Positions 9,216 to 18,849 of a stretch of DNA of 64,000 nucleotides are shown here, in pieces. Both the position numbers and the translations under genes were made by a program. Origin of the DNA: Candidatus Latescibacterota bacterium (GTDB lineage Bacteria > Latescibacterota > UBA2968 > UBA8231). A model generated the notes under the pieces. That model saw only the letters and a list, made by a program, of their open reading frames with translations, did not search any database and had not been told where the DNA came from. Numbering within the stretch: position 1 is the stretch's first letter; each line of letters begins with the position of its first letter. Location: NCBI GenBank assembly GCA_964291625.2, contig OZ220089.1, positions 3,680,001-3,744,000 on the forward strand. The letters run 5' to 3'.

Positions 9216-10169
9216 TCAGGAAGCGGCGAGGGCCGCCAGCAGGGCGCGCAGGTAGCCAATGGAGTAGGCCAGCCCCTGGTGCACGCCCTCGCCGTCGCCC
9301 TCCACCTGGGGGATGTGGTCCGGGTTGATGCAGCCGTCGAAGCCGACCCGGCGCAGCTCGAGGAGGATCTTGAACATGTTGATGTCGCCGTCGTCGAGCA
9401 GGGTCTCCTCGAAGGCGCCCGCCGTGGCCAGGGAGCCGCGGACGTTGCGCATGTGCAGGGTGAAGAGGCGGCCCTTGCGGCCGTAGTTGTGAATCTCGTC
9501 GAGCACGAGGGGGCCGCCGCCGGCCTGGGCGCGGGTGCCGCAGCAGTAGAGGTAGCCCACCTGCCGCGACGGGAAGGCGTCGATGATGCGGTGAAAGCCC
9601 AGCCCGCCGAAGGGGGTGTCCACGTTGGGCACGTCCGAGGGGTGCATGGCCAGCCGGATGCCGCGCTCTTCGGCAATCGGCACGAGGCGCCCGTAAAGGA
9701 GGAGGAACCGCTCCCACCAGCGGTCCAGGGCCTCGCGGTCCGGCGCCGGCTCGGGATCGCGGGCCAGGGTCTCGCCCCGGGAGCGGTAGCCGCCCCGGTG
9801 CACGGCGCGGTAGCGGCTCATGAGCCACGGGAAGGTGTCGCCCGCCACCCGCTGACGGGCGATCGGCGCTCCGGCCTCGGCGAAGGCCTCCAAGGCCCGG
9901 CAGGTGTTGTCCAGCTCGCGCTCGGCGCCGGCGCCCCCGGAGAAGAACTCCTCGGTGATGTCGGGCAGGGTGACGCGGTTGATGTCGAGGCCGAAGTCGC
10001 GGACTCGGCGGCGGATGGCCCGCACCTGCCCGGCGTCGGGGTAGCCCTGCTCCTTCACCCCCGGCCAGAAGGCGCCCTGCCCGAAGTCGAGGCAGTCGGC
10101 GCCGAGCTGGGTAACCAGGCGCAGGTAGCTGTCGGAGAGGTCGCCGTGCCAGACGGAGATACGTATCAT
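9216..10169 (-). CDS. Mannonate dehydratase (UxuA)-like protein
   Basis: Start MIRISVWHGDL. Motifs LAMHPSD.P, LHMRNVRG, F.ETLLDDGDINM, PDHIP, AYSIGYLRAL. Confidence 0.8.
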   Translation of the reverse strand: MIRISVWHGDLSDSYLRLVTQLGADCLDFGQGAFWPGVKEQGYPDAGQVRAIRRRVRDFGLDINRVTLPDITEEFFSGGAGAERELDNTCRALEAFAEAGAPIARQRVAGDTFPWLMSRYRAVHRGGYRSRGETLARDPEPAPDREALDRWWERFLLLYGRLVPIAEERGIRLAMHPSDVPNVDTPFGGLGFHRIIDAFPSRQVGYLYCCGTRAQAGGGPLVLDEIHNYGRKGRLFTLHMRNVRGSLATAGAFEETLLDDGDINMFKILLELRRVGFDGCINPDHIPQVEGDGEGVHQGLAYSIGYLRALLAALAAS

Positions 10170-10274
10170 GGTGGCAGTCCGGAAAGGGTCAACGCCGGCG
10201 GCGGAATAATGGGAGCCCCGGGCTTCTTCGCAACCCCGGCGGTCTGGTGACCCCCGGTTCTGGAGGAGGGCAGG

Positions 10275-12332
10275 ATGACAAGTACGCGCGCGTATCGGAT
10301 CCCGGCCGTTTTGCTGGCGTGGGTGATTCTCCGAGGACAGGTACCCGGCTTCGCCGAGACCGGAGAGGACAGGATCTACTGGGCCGACATGAACGGGATC
10401 TACTGGTCCGACCTGAAGGAAGGCAACACGCAACGCATCGTCAGCGCGGATACGAGGCGCCCCGGCAAGATCGCCGTCGATGTGGCCGGAGGGAAGATGT
10501 ACTGGATCGACAAGAGAGGCGAGACGATCCAGCGGTCGGACCTGGATGGCTCCAACAGCGAGTGGCTGATTGGACCCCAGGGCTACGGATCTGCGAACGA
10601 CCTCGATCTGGATCTGGATCGGAGAAAGATCTACTTCTCGACCCGCACCACCAATACCGACGCCGTGGCCGGCGGGGTCTATCGAGCCAATCTCGACGGC
10701 TCGGATATCGAGCTTCTGGAGATGGGGTGGCCCAGAACCTTGCTGGTGGATTCGGCAAGAGATCTCGTGTACCTGACGGATGGGTACGGCATCTATCTGC
10801 TCGATCGGGAAGGACACGAGTACGTCCTCGAGTCAAGATCCACGCGGTCCCAGAGGGACGTGGCACTGGATCTGGTCAACGACAAGGTCTATTGGACGGA
10901 CCCGGAGGAGCGCGCCATCCGCCGATCGGACCGCGATGGTTCCAACGTGGAGGATGTCCTGACCGAACTGGCGGATACTCCGGGAGAGATCGCCCTCGAC
11001 CCCGAAGGGGGCAAAGTTTACTGGACGCTCCTGTACGACGCAGGCTACCGCTACGAGAGCTATGGGGGCCTTCGGCGAGCCAACCTCGACGGTTCCGATG
11101 TGGAGCATGTCGTGGATCGGGGAGAGGTGGTTGGCTTCATCCTCGACCTGGAGGGAGGCAAGGTCTATTGGACCGACGCCCGTGGCACCATTCATCGAGC
11201 CGAATTCGACGGCACCGGGGTCGAGGATCTCTTCGCCCCCTTGGTGAGAGCTCCCTACTCCGTGGCATTGGACCAGACGGAGGGGAGGATCTACTGGAGT
11301 GACGTGCTGACAGGTTCCATCCAAAGAGCAGGTCTGGATGGCTCAAGCCCGGAGATCGCGGTCGGGGAATTGAGGAGGCCCAGGGGCATCGTCCTCGATG
11401 GAGACAGACTCTACTGGGCGGACTCCGGGACCGGGAAGATCCAGTCGGCCGATCTGAAGGGTGCCAGTGTGATGGACATCGCTACGGAACTGGATGACCC
11501 TGACAAAGTGGCCGTGGACCCGGCTCACCGCAGAATCTACTGGACAGAGCCGGGGAGGTCCCTGATCCGCCGGGCCGATCTGGATGGAACCCACATCGAG
11601 GAATATCCAGTCGAGTCTGCCCCTGACGGATTGGCCTTGGACGTTGCCGGCGGGAAGATGTACTGGACACGGACGAAAGGCCGGATAGGCGGCCATGACC
11701 GTCCAACGGGGATCAGCCGCTCCAGCCTGGACGGTACGGACGTGGAGCACCTTTCCGGTGACATCGAGAACGTGGAAGTCGTTGGCGATCTCTGGGTCCA
11801 TGATTTCAGGGCCGTGGCCTTGGACCCCGCTGGCGGCAAGATCTACTGGACCTCCGTGAACAATCCACCTGTAGTCAGCCCCTACACCTTGTGGGCCTAT
11901 CGAGCCAACCTTGACGGGTCTGGCGCCGAGAGAATGCTGGTGCTCCAGGACCACTGGGGGTATCAGCGATCAGGGCTCAAGGTTTGGCCACCTGCTCTCA
12001 TGGGGAACGCCCTGGCCCTGGACTTTTCCCGCCGGACCGCGGTATCCGCTGGAAACAGCGTTCCCCTCTCCACCACTCTCCTTACCAGCTACCCGAATCC
12101 CTTCAACGCCTCCACCCTGATCTCCTACACCCTCGCGGCCTCCGGCCCCGTCAGCCTGATCATCTACAACACCCTCGGCCAGCCGGTCCAAACCCTCATC
12201 GACAAGATCCAGGTCCCCGGCCGCTACAGCGTCCCCTGGCAGCCCGCGGAGGCCCTGGCCAGCGGCGTCTACCTCTATCGCCTGACCACCCCCGGCGCCG
12301 TCCTCACCCGCAGGCTCGCCCTCGTCCGTTGA
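10275..12332 (+). CDS. Secreted LDL-receptor class B (YWTD) repeat protein with C-terminal FlgD-Ig/T9SS-like sorting domain
   Basis: Signal peptide, about 12 ALD..GGKxYW..I.RA.LDG repeats, C-terminal SYPNPFNAST...SGVYLYRL. Confidence 0.88.
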   Translation: MTSTRAYRIPAVLLAWVILRGQVPGFAETGEDRIYWADMNGIYWSDLKEGNTQRIVSADTRRPGKIAVDVAGGKMYWIDKRGETIQRSDLDGSNSEWLIGPQGYGSANDLDLDLDRRKIYFSTRTTNTDAVAGGVYRANLDGSDIELLEMGWPRTLLVDSARDLVYLTDGYGIYLLDREGHEYVLESRSTRSQRDVALDLVNDKVYWTDPEERAIRRSDRDGSNVEDVLTELADTPGEIALDPEGGKVYWTLLYDAGYRYESYGGLRRANLDGSDVEHVVDRGEVVGFILDLEGGKVYWTDARGTIHRAEFDGTGVEDLFAPLVRAPYSVALDQTEGRIYWSDVLTGSIQRAGLDGSSPEIAVGELRRPRGIVLDGDRLYWADSGTGKIQSADLKGASVMDIATELDDPDKVAVDPAHRRIYWTEPGRSLIRRADLDGTHIEEYPVESAPDGLALDVAGGKMYWTRTKGRIGGHDRPTGISRSSLDGTDVEHLSGDIENVEVVGDLWVHDFRAVALDPAGGKIYWTSVNNPPVVSPYTLWAYRANLDGSGAERMLVLQDHWGYQRSGLKVWPPALMGNALALDFSRRTAVSAGNSVPLSTTLLTSYPNPFNASTLISYTLAASGPVSLIIYNTLGQPVQTLIDKIQVPGRYSVPWQPAEALASGVYLYRLTTPGAVLTRRLALVR

Positions 12333-12334
12333 GC

Positions 12335-12760
12335 GTGAGCCGCCGCCAGGAGTACCCCTTCGAGATCGAGCTCGAGGTGCGGGACTACGAGTGCGACCTG
12401 CAGGGGGTGGTCAACAACGCCGTGTACCTCAACTACCTCGAGCACGCCCGCCACCGCTGCCTGCTGGAGACGGGGCTGGACTTCGCCCGCCTCCACCAGC
12501 AGGGCTGCGACTTGGTGCTCATGCGCTCGGAGGTCGACTACCTCTCTCCGCTCAGGTCGGGGGACCGCTTCGTCGTCGCCTCGCGCCTGGGGCGCGGCGG
12601 CCGCGTCCGCTGGATCTTCGACCAGGAGATCTTCCGCCTGCCCGAGGGCGAGTCCGTGGTGCGGGCGCGCATGGAGGGGACCGGCGTCATCGGTGGGCGG
12701 CCGCGACTGACGCCGGAGGTGCAGGCCCTGCTGGACGCGGCCGGGGAGGCCGCCCCTTGA
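12335..12760 (+). CDS. Acyl-CoA thioesterase (4HBT/YbgC hot-dog family)
   Basis: GTG start. VRDYECDLQGVVNNAVYLNYLEHAR. Confidence 0.88.
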   Translation: MSRRQEYPFEIELEVRDYECDLQGVVNNAVYLNYLEHARHRCLLETGLDFARLHQQGCDLVLMRSEVDYLSPLRSGDRFVVASRLGRGGRVRWIFDQEIFRLPEGESVVRARMEGTGVIGGRPRLTPEVQALLDAAGEAAP

Positions 12761-12777
12761 GCCTCGTGCGGCCGCCT

Positions 12778-13539
12778 TCAGATGCGCCCGGGGATCGAGC
12801 GGCCCCGGGCGAGGATGGCGTCGCTGCGGCCCTGGCCGGTGAAGCGGCAATGGGCGCTGACGTAGTGGGTGGCGTATCCCCAGCGGCGCAGGCCGGTGGT
12901 GTTCGGACGGCTGCTGTGCAGGATGTGGCCGTGGTGGAAGCTGCAGTCGCCGGCGGCCAGCTCCACCGGCCGTTCCTCCGGCAGCTCGCCGGCCAGGGAA
13001 CGGCGCTCGAGCTCCCGCCAGCGCTCCTGCTCGATCCAGCCGTGGCGGTGGCTGCCCGGCAGCATCCACAGACAGCCGTTGGGGATGGTGGCCTCGTCCA
13101 GCGCCGCCCAGCAGGTGACCATGCGGTCGGGCGGGTCCACGTGGAAGCCGAGGGGCTGGTCCTGGTGGTAGGCCTGCCGCGAGCCGATGCGGGGCGGCTT
13201 CATGAACAGCTGGTCCTGGTAGAGCTTGATGTCGGGCCCGAGGAGGGACTCCACGCAGTCGAGGATGCGGGGGTTCAGGGCGTGGGTGCGGAAGACGCCG
13301 TCCACGAAGGCGAGGTGGCTCATCTTCCTCAGGGCGTTGGCCCGGTCGCCGGCCTCGGCCTCGCCGGCGGCCACCGCGGGCTCGACCTGGAGCTGGGTGG
13401 GATCGACGTGGGCCGCCTCCCCCCGCGACACCCGCTCGGCGCGGGCCTTCATGACTTCCACGTCCGCCGGGCCGAGCAGTCCCCGCACGATGAGGAACCC
13501 GTCCTCCCGGAAGCTCTCGACCTGACTCTCCGTCAGCAT
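12778..13539 (-). CDS. PhyH family dioxygenase
   Basis: FREDGFL, FMKPP, YHQD, NGCLWMLPGSH, LHSS.PN...R. Confidence 0.9.
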   Translation of the reverse strand: MLTESQVESFREDGFLIVRGLLGPADVEVMKARAERVSRGEAAHVDPTQLQVEPAVAAGEAEAGDRANALRKMSHLAFVDGVFRTHALNPRILDCVESLLGPDIKLYQDQLFMKPPRIGSRQAYHQDQPLGFHVDPPDRMVTCWAALDEATIPNGCLWMLPGSHRHGWIEQERWRELERRSLAGELPEERPVELAAGDCSFHHGHILHSSRPNTTGLRRWGYATHYVSAHCRFTGQGRSDAILARGRSIPGRI

Positions 13540-13595
13540 GACTCTCTCCCCGTGGCGGCCGGGAAGATAGCCCCGGACCGCCGGAGGTCCATCCC

Positions 13596-14747
13596 ATGAC
13601 CGTTCCGGACTTCGAGCGCGTGCGGGACGACTTCCCGCGGGCGCGCACCGCCGCCTACTTCGACAACGCCTCCTCCCACCCCATCAGCGTCCGCACGTCC
13701 GCGGCCCTGCACCGCTACGTGGACTGGGTCGCTCACAACGTGGGCGATCCCTGGTGGCCGGACTGGGCGCCGCCCCGCGACGAGGCCCGCCGTCTCTTCG
13801 CCCGCCTGATCCACGCCGACCCGGCCGAGATCGCCTTCGCCCGCAGCACCGTGGAGGCCGAGAGCAACCTGCTCAACGGCATGGCCGATCACCTGGCCGG
13901 CGGCAACGTCGTCACCAACGACCTGGCCTTCTCCGCGTGCCTCTGCAACTACAAGGTGAGGGAGGCCGCCGGTCTGGAAGTGCGCATCGTGCGCAACCAC
14001 GACTGGCGCATCGACATGGACGCCATGGCCGCGGCCATCGACGCCGACACGCGCCTGGTCTCGGTCGCCCTCGTCTCCAACGTCAACGGCCTCCTCGCCG
14101 ACGTGCGAACCCTCAGCGAGCTGGCCCACGCCCGCGGCGCCTTCCTCTACGCCGACATCATGCAGGCCGCCGGCGCCGTGCCCATCGACGTGGGCGCCAT
14201 GGGCATCGACATGGCCGCGTGCTCGACCTTCAAGTGGCTCATGGGGGTGAAGGGCTTCGGCTTCCTCTACGTGCGGCGGGACCTGCAGCACTCGGTGGTC
14301 AAGGCGTCGCAGCCTTCCGGCTCGGTCCGCCTCAACTACCCGCCCTGGACGGATGGGGGTGACGGGCGGCCCGAAGTCAGCGTCATGACCCGGGACGATG
14401 CCACGGCCTGGGAGGTGAGCTATGCCTCCTACGAAGGCCTGATCGCCGCCCAGCAGAGCCTGCGCTACATCCTCGACCTCGGGGTGGAGAACATCCGCGG
14501 CCATGTGCGCAGTCTCACCGACCGCCTGCAGGAGGAACTGCCTGCCAGGGGCTATCGGCCGATGACGCCGCGAGGCAACGAGAGCCCCATCCTCGCCTTC
14601 GCCGCGCCCGACCCCGAGGCGGCCGTGCGCCGCACCCGCGAGGCTGGCGTTCATGTGGCGATGCGCTTTGGTGACAAGCTGCGGCTGTCGCCCTCGGTCT
14701 ACAACAACCAGGAAGACGTGAGCCGCCTCATCGAGGCGTTGCCCTGA
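13596..14747 (+). CDS. Class V PLP-dependent aminotransferase (cysteine desulfurase/kynureninase-like)
   Basis: YFDNAS, DIMQAAG, STFKWLMG (PLP lysine), LRLSPSVYN. Confidence 0.85.
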   Translation: MTVPDFERVRDDFPRARTAAYFDNASSHPISVRTSAALHRYVDWVAHNVGDPWWPDWAPPRDEARRLFARLIHADPAEIAFARSTVEAESNLLNGMADHLAGGNVVTNDLAFSACLCNYKVREAAGLEVRIVRNHDWRIDMDAMAAAIDADTRLVSVALVSNVNGLLADVRTLSELAHARGAFLYADIMQAAGAVPIDVGAMGIDMAACSTFKWLMGVKGFGFLYVRRDLQHSVVKASQPSGSVRLNYPPWTDGGDGRPEVSVMTRDDATAWEVSYASYEGLIAAQQSLRYILDLGVENIRGHVRSLTDRLQEELPARGYRPMTPRGNESPILAFAAPDPEAAVRRTREAGVHVAMRFGDKLRLSPSVYNNQEDVSRLIEALP

Positions 14748-14756
14748 GCGGCCCTC

Positions 14757-14951
14757 TCAGGGACTTCCCTCTTCGACTTCTTCCTGCTTCTCGGCCAGTC
14801 CCACGGCGAGCAGGGCAAGGACGGGGAATACGAGTCCCAGAACGAACCACTCGTCGCCGCTCCGGTTCTTCGTCCTGGCTACGAAGCGGGAGAAGAAGGC
14901 CGAGGCGAGCCAGAAGGCGATGGCTGGTGCCAGTCCCAGGTTGAGATCCAT
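14757..14951 (-). CDS. Small membrane protein (64 aa, two hydrophobic segments)
   Basis: GAGGAG RBS before the ATG at 14951. MDLNLGLAPAIAFWLASAFFSRFVARTKNRSGDEWFVLGLVFPVLALLAVGL..., with the common A..K.RS...WF.LG pattern. Confidence 0.7.
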   Translation of the reverse strand: MDLNLGLAPAIAFWLASAFFSRFVARTKNRSGDEWFVLGLVFPVLALLAVGLAEKQEEVEEGSP

Positions 14952-15070
14952 TTGCTCCTCTCCGGGGTCGGAGGTTTGCGGTCCACGACGGGCGTCCGCC
15001 GGCGGACACTGGTGTGCGGCAACGGTCACCCTCGGCGCCCGCCCCAGGCAGGCGCTCGGGAGAGCCGGGT

Positions 15071-15087
15071 CTGGCATGGAGGTTGCA
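15071..15087 (+). promoter_or_regulatory. Sigma54 (RpoN) -24/-12 promoter
   Basis: CTGGCATGGAGGTTGCA = TGGCAY-N5-TTGCA with exact GG-N10-GC spacing, about 45 nt before a small ORF. Confidence 0.75.
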
Positions 15088-15130
15088 ATGGTGAGGGCGA
15101 CGACTCACCACCTTCCGCAAGGAGGACATC

Positions 15131-15217
15131 ATGCAGACCTTCCGCCGCGCCGCCGAGATCGCAGCTCCCGTCGCCATCGTCGTGTGCTTCCTCGGCCCGT
15201 TCTTTGTCGGCGCCTGA
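15131..15217 (+). CDS. Small hydrophobic peptide A (28 aa) MQTFRRAAEIAAPVAIVVCFLGPFFVGA
   Basis: AAGGAGG RBS, sigma54 promoter upstream, paralog at 28495, hairpin downstream. Confidence 0.7.
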   Translation: MQTFRRAAEIAAPVAIVVCFLGPFFVGA

Positions 15218-15224
15218 TCAGCGA

Positions 15225-15258
15225 GGGGCTCGGCAACGCTCAGGCGGGGCCGAGCCCC
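15225..15258. terminator. Hairpin between the convergent peptide A gene and HD gene
   Basis: GGGGCTCGGC ... GCCGAGCCCC 10-bp inverted repeat. No U-tract. Confidence 0.4.
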
Positions 15259-15815
15259 AGTCGCCCCTCCTCGGGGCGCAGGGCCTGGATGACGAAGTCG
15301 ATGTGCTCGTCCAGGTCCACCCCGAACTCCTCGGCCCCCTGGCGGATCTCGCCGCGGTCGACGGCGCGGGCGAAGCCCCGGTCCTTGAGCTTCTTCCGCA
15401 CGCTGCGCACGCCCAGGTCGGCGAGGCTCTTCGACGGCCGCACGAGGGCGCAGGCCACGAGAAAGCCGCACAGCTCGTCCACGGCGAAGAGGGCCTTGGC
15501 CACGGGCGTGTCCCGCGGCACACCGCTGTACGTGGCGTGTCCGAGGATGGCCCGGCACAGGGGCTCGGGGTAGCCGCGCTCGCGCAGCAGGGCCACGCCG
15601 AAGGCCGGGTGCCCGTCGGTGGGGGAGCGCGCCTCGTTGGGGTGGGACTCGTAGTCGAAGTCGTGGAGCAGTCCCACGGTGGCCCAGGCCTCCTCGTCCT
15701 CCCCGAGGCGGCGGGCGCAGGCGCGCATGGCGGCCTCCACGGCGTACATGTGCCGGCGCAGGGGCTCCGACGCCGTGTGCTCGTGCATCAGGGCCAGGGC
15801 TTCGTCCCGGGTCAC
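15240..15815 (-). CDS. HDIG/HD domain metal-dependent phosphohydrolase
   Basis: GTG start overlapping the msrAB stop. [36 protein letters not shown]. Confidence 0.88.
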   Translation of the reverse strand: MTRDEALALMHEHTASEPLRRHMYAVEAAMRACARRLGEDEEAWATVGLLHDFDYESHPNEARSPTDGHPAFGVALLRERGYPEPLCRAILGHATYSGVPRDTPVAKALFAVDELCGFLVACALVRPSKSLADLGVRSVRKKLKDRGFARAVDRGEIRQGAEEFGVDLDEHIDFVIQALRPEEGRLGLGPA

Positions 15816-16870
15816 GGGCTCTCTCCCGCCTGCGCCTGGGCCTCGAAGCGGGCGAGGTACTCGCCGTAGCCGGCCTCCTCCATCTCCTCCCGCGGCACGA
15901 AGCGCAGGGCCGCCGAGTTGATGCAGTAGCGCAGCCCCGTGGGCTCGGGTCCGTCGTCGAAGAGGTGGCCCAGGTGCGAGTCGCCGTGCTTGCTGCGCAC
16001 CTCGGTGCGCGGGTAGATCAGCTTGAAGTCCCTCTTCTCGACGATGTTCTCCGCCACCAGGGGGCGCGTGAAGCTCGGCCACCCGGTGCCCGAGACGTAC
16101 TTGTCGACGGAGAGGAAGAGGGGCTCGCCCGAGACGATGTCCACGTAGATCCCCTCCTTCTTGTTGTCCCAGTATTCGTTGCGGAAGGGCGGCTCGGTGC
16201 CCTCCTCCTGGGTGACCTCGTACTGGAGGCGGGTCAGGCGGCTGCGCAGCTCCTTCTCCGGCGGCTTGAGGTAACGCGTCTCGGTCCCGCCGCCGCCGCC
16301 CCAGTGGGCGCGGATGAACTGGTCGCGGCCGGAGCCGGAGCGGTAGCGCTTGTAGTGGGCCGGGTCCTTGCGGTAGAAGTCCTGGTGGTACTCCTCGGCC
16401 GGGTAGAACACGTCGGCGTCGCGCACCGGCGTGACGATGGGGTCCTCGAAGCGGCCCGAGGCCGCCAGGTCCGCCTTCGAGGCCTCGGCCAGCCGCCGCT
16501 GCTCCTCGTCGTGGACGAAGATCGCCGAGGTGTACTGATACCCGCGGTCGACGAAGGAGCCGCCGGCGTCGGTGGGGTCGAACTGCATCCAGTAGACCTC
16601 GAGGAGCCGCTCGTAGCTGATCGTCTCCGGGTCGAAGGTGACCTGCACCGCCTCCAGGTGCCCGGTCTTGCCCCCCGCGACCGCGCGGTACGTGGGGTTC
16701 ACCTCCGGACCGCCGATGTACCCGGAGATCACGGAGTGCACGCCCTCCAGCTTCTCGAAGGGCGGCTCCAGGCACCAGAAGCAGCCGCCGGCAAAGGTGG
16801 CCCGGGCCGCTTCCCCGGCGCCGGCGGCAGCCGGCAGCGCCGCCAGCAGGGCCGTGAAGATCCGTCTCAT
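15812..16870 (-). CDS. msrAB: Exported bifunctional peptide-methionine sulfoxide reductase MsrA-MsrB
   Basis: Signal peptide [18 protein letters not shown], MsrA GGCFWC and AEEYHQDF, Msr[22 protein letters not shown]. Confidence 0.93.
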   Translation of the reverse strand: MRRIFTALLAALPAAAGAGEAARATFAGGCFWCLEPPFEKLEGVHSVISGYIGGPEVNPTYRAVAGGKTGHLEAVQVTFDPETISYERLLEVYWMQFDPTDAGGSFVDRGYQYTSAIFVHDEEQRRLAEASKADLAASGRFEDPIVTPVRDADVFYPAEEYHQDFYRKDPAHYKRYRSGSGRDQFIRAHWGGGGGTETRYLKPPEKELRSRLTRLQYEVTQEEGTEPPFRNEYWDNKKEGIYVDIVSGEPLFLSVDKYVSGTGWPSFTRPLVAENIVEKRDFKLIYPRTEVRSKHGDSHLGHLFDDGPEPTGLRYCINSAALRFVPREEMEEAGYGEYLARFEAQAQAGESP

Positions 16871-16892
16871 CGTATCGCCTCCTGTCGTGGTG

Positions 16893-17801
16893 TCATCCCT
16901 TCGCCGACGCCCGCGCCGCGGCGGATGTTCCGGGGTGCGGGACGGTGTTGAGGTCGAAGGCGTTCCAGTAGTACTGGTAGTTGCTCGACTTCCAGCCGGC
17001 GTAGATCTCGTCCCAGCCCATGCGGTTGAAGTGCGGCAGCAGCGATCCCTCGGTGACCGGCTGCGAGCCTCCCTGGTAGCGGTAGTCCACGGAGAGGCGG
17101 ATGCGGTCGGGACTGCGGTTCGGCAGGGCCTTGTGCACGGCGTGGCTGTGAAAGAAGAGGGCATCGCCGATCTCGAAGTCCCCCGCCGCCCAGCGCAGTC
17201 CCTGTGCCTCCAGGGGCGCCGTGTCGATGCCGACCTTGCCGGCGCCGAGGGCCGGCTCCACCGGGTACAGCCCGCCCTTGTGCGATCCCGCGAGCACCGA
17301 CAGTCCGCCCAGGTCTTGCGGACAGGCGCCGAGGGGGATCCACGCGGTATACGTTTCCGGCGTTCCCCGGATATGGATGAAATCCTGGTGCGCCGGCGTC
17401 GTGTGGCTGGCGTTCTCCGGGAACATGATTCGGCCGATGTTCCGCGGATGGACGAGCGTCTCCTCGCCGAAGAGCCTGTCGCACATCTCCAGGATCGCCG
17501 GGTGGTGGGCGAAGGCATGGAACGACTCCAGGCGCTGGAACTCGTCCAGCACCGGCCAGTAGCCGTCGTCGCCCTCGACGAAGGGGCCGCCGGCGCGCAG
17601 GCCCTCCATCAGTCCCTCGCCGCCCCGGGTCCATCCGTGGCGGTGGCAGATCTCCAGGAAACCGCGGCGCAGGCCGAGGACGGAATCGGCGTCGATCAGG
17701 CCGCGGAAGAAGAGGTAGCCGTCCCGGCGCGCACGGTCCTGCAGCCGGTCCGGATGTTCCAGCAGATCGTTGGAGACGGCGAAGGGTTCAGCTCTTGCCA
17801 A
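16893..17801 (-). CDS. PhyH family dioxygenase
   Basis: TTG start with [40 protein letters not shown]...R.S.DYRYQ. Confidence 0.88.
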   Translation of the reverse strand: MARAEPFAVSNDLLEHPDRLQDRARRDGYLFFRGLIDADSVLGLRRGFLEICHRHGWTRGGEGLMEGLRAGGPFVEGDDGYWPVLDEFQRLESFHAFAHHPAILEMCDRLFGEETLVHPRNIGRIMFPENASHTTPAHQDFIHIRGTPETYTAWIPLGACPQDLGGLSVLAGSHKGGLYPVEPALGAGKVGIDTAPLEAQGLRWAAGDFEIGDALFFHSHAVHKALPNRSPDRIRLSVDYRYQGGSQPVTEGSLLPHFNRMGWDEIYAGWKSSNYQYYWNAFDLNTVPHPGTSAAARASAKG

Positions 17802-17826
17802 GGGATGCTCCTCGCTTGCGGGCGGC

Positions 17827-18846
17827 TCAGCCGAGGCGCCAGTGGATGCCCATCAGGCAGGTCGGCTCTCCCGGCTTGTCGATGGCGTAGTAGACGGTCA
17901 GGATGGAGCCGTCCGCCAGCTGTGCCGACGCCGGATACCCCAGGTCGGGGCTGGTGTCCGTGCACAGGACGATCTCCTCGCTCCAGGTCTCGCCTTCATC
18001 GGCGGTCACGCGCGCCCGTTGCCCGAAGGGCGGCACCCTGACGCCGTACACGAGGAGGATGCGGTTGTCCTCCTCCAGGCGAATCATGTGAGCGGGATAG
18101 CCGAGGATGCCGGTCTTGAAAGGTTCCGTCCAGGTGCGGCCGCCGTCGCGGCTCTCGGCCTGGAACATGTACTTCTCTTCCAGTATGGATGTGCCATAGC
18201 GGAACATCCCGATGAGCTTGCCGCTCTCCGTCTCGGCGAGATACGGTTCGCCCAGGCCGATGCCCTCGGGCTCGGGGACGGTGCCGATGACCTGCCACGA
18301 TCGGCCCTGGTCGGTCGACTCCTCGGCGGTCAGGCCATGCACGCCGTCGAAGGTGCCGCTGCCGAGGTAGAGCAGGCGGCCGTCGTCGAGTTCGACCGGT
18401 CCATGGGGAGCGGACCCCTTGTTCCTTACCGGTTGTTCCCAGGTGACCCCCGAATCCGTGGATCGCTGGGTCCAGTGGCCCATCCACCGCTCCCGCACTT
18501 CCGGGCTCAGCGTCGCGGCGTGGGCCTCGTACCGCTCGTCGTTCTCGAACTCCACCGATGTGAACCAGGTGGAGATCAGCGTGCCGTCGGAGGTCTCCAC
18601 CAGTCCGGCGTCGCGGTCGTCGAGGGGGGTGTTGCGGATGACGACGGGATCGCTCCAGGTGGCGCCCTCGTCGGAGCTGCGCACCAACTCCGTCTTGCCC
18701 CAGGGGCAGATGTGCCCGTCCCGGTCGCCCGAGAACACGACGATCAGCTCGCCGCCACGGGTGCGCACGATGGTCGGCCACCCGATGTAGCGGCCCGGCT
18801 CCTTGCAGAGGATCCGCCTGGACAGAATCTCGGCTGAGGGTGTCAT
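17827..18846 (-). CDS. BNR/Asp-box sialidase-like beta-propeller (GH33-like)
   Basis: Asp-box repeats SSDEGATW, STDSGVTW, STDQGRSW, SRDGGRTW, TADEGETW and DLGYP. Confidence 0.8.
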   Translation of the reverse strand: MTPSAEILSRRILCKEPGRYIGWPTIVRTRGGELIVVFSGDRDGHICPWGKTELVRSSDEGATWSDPVVIRNTPLDDRDAGLVETSDGTLISTWFTSVEFENDERYEAHAATLSPEVRERWMGHWTQRSTDSGVTWEQPVRNKGSAPHGPVELDDGRLLYLGSGTFDGVHGLTAEESTDQGRSWQVIGTVPEPEGIGLGEPYLAETESGKLIGMFRYGTSILEEKYMFQAESRDGGRTWTEPFKTGILGYPAHMIRLEEDNRILLVYGVRVPPFGQRARVTADEGETWSEEIVLCTDTSPDLGYPASAQLADGSILTVYYAIDKPGEPTCLMGIHWRLG

Positions 18847-18849
18847 CGG

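Noticed and set aside
14757-14951. Small membrane protein as a fourth member of the peptide family
   Set aside because: Different length and pattern, and no GG-N10-GC promoter was found upstream on the minus strand.
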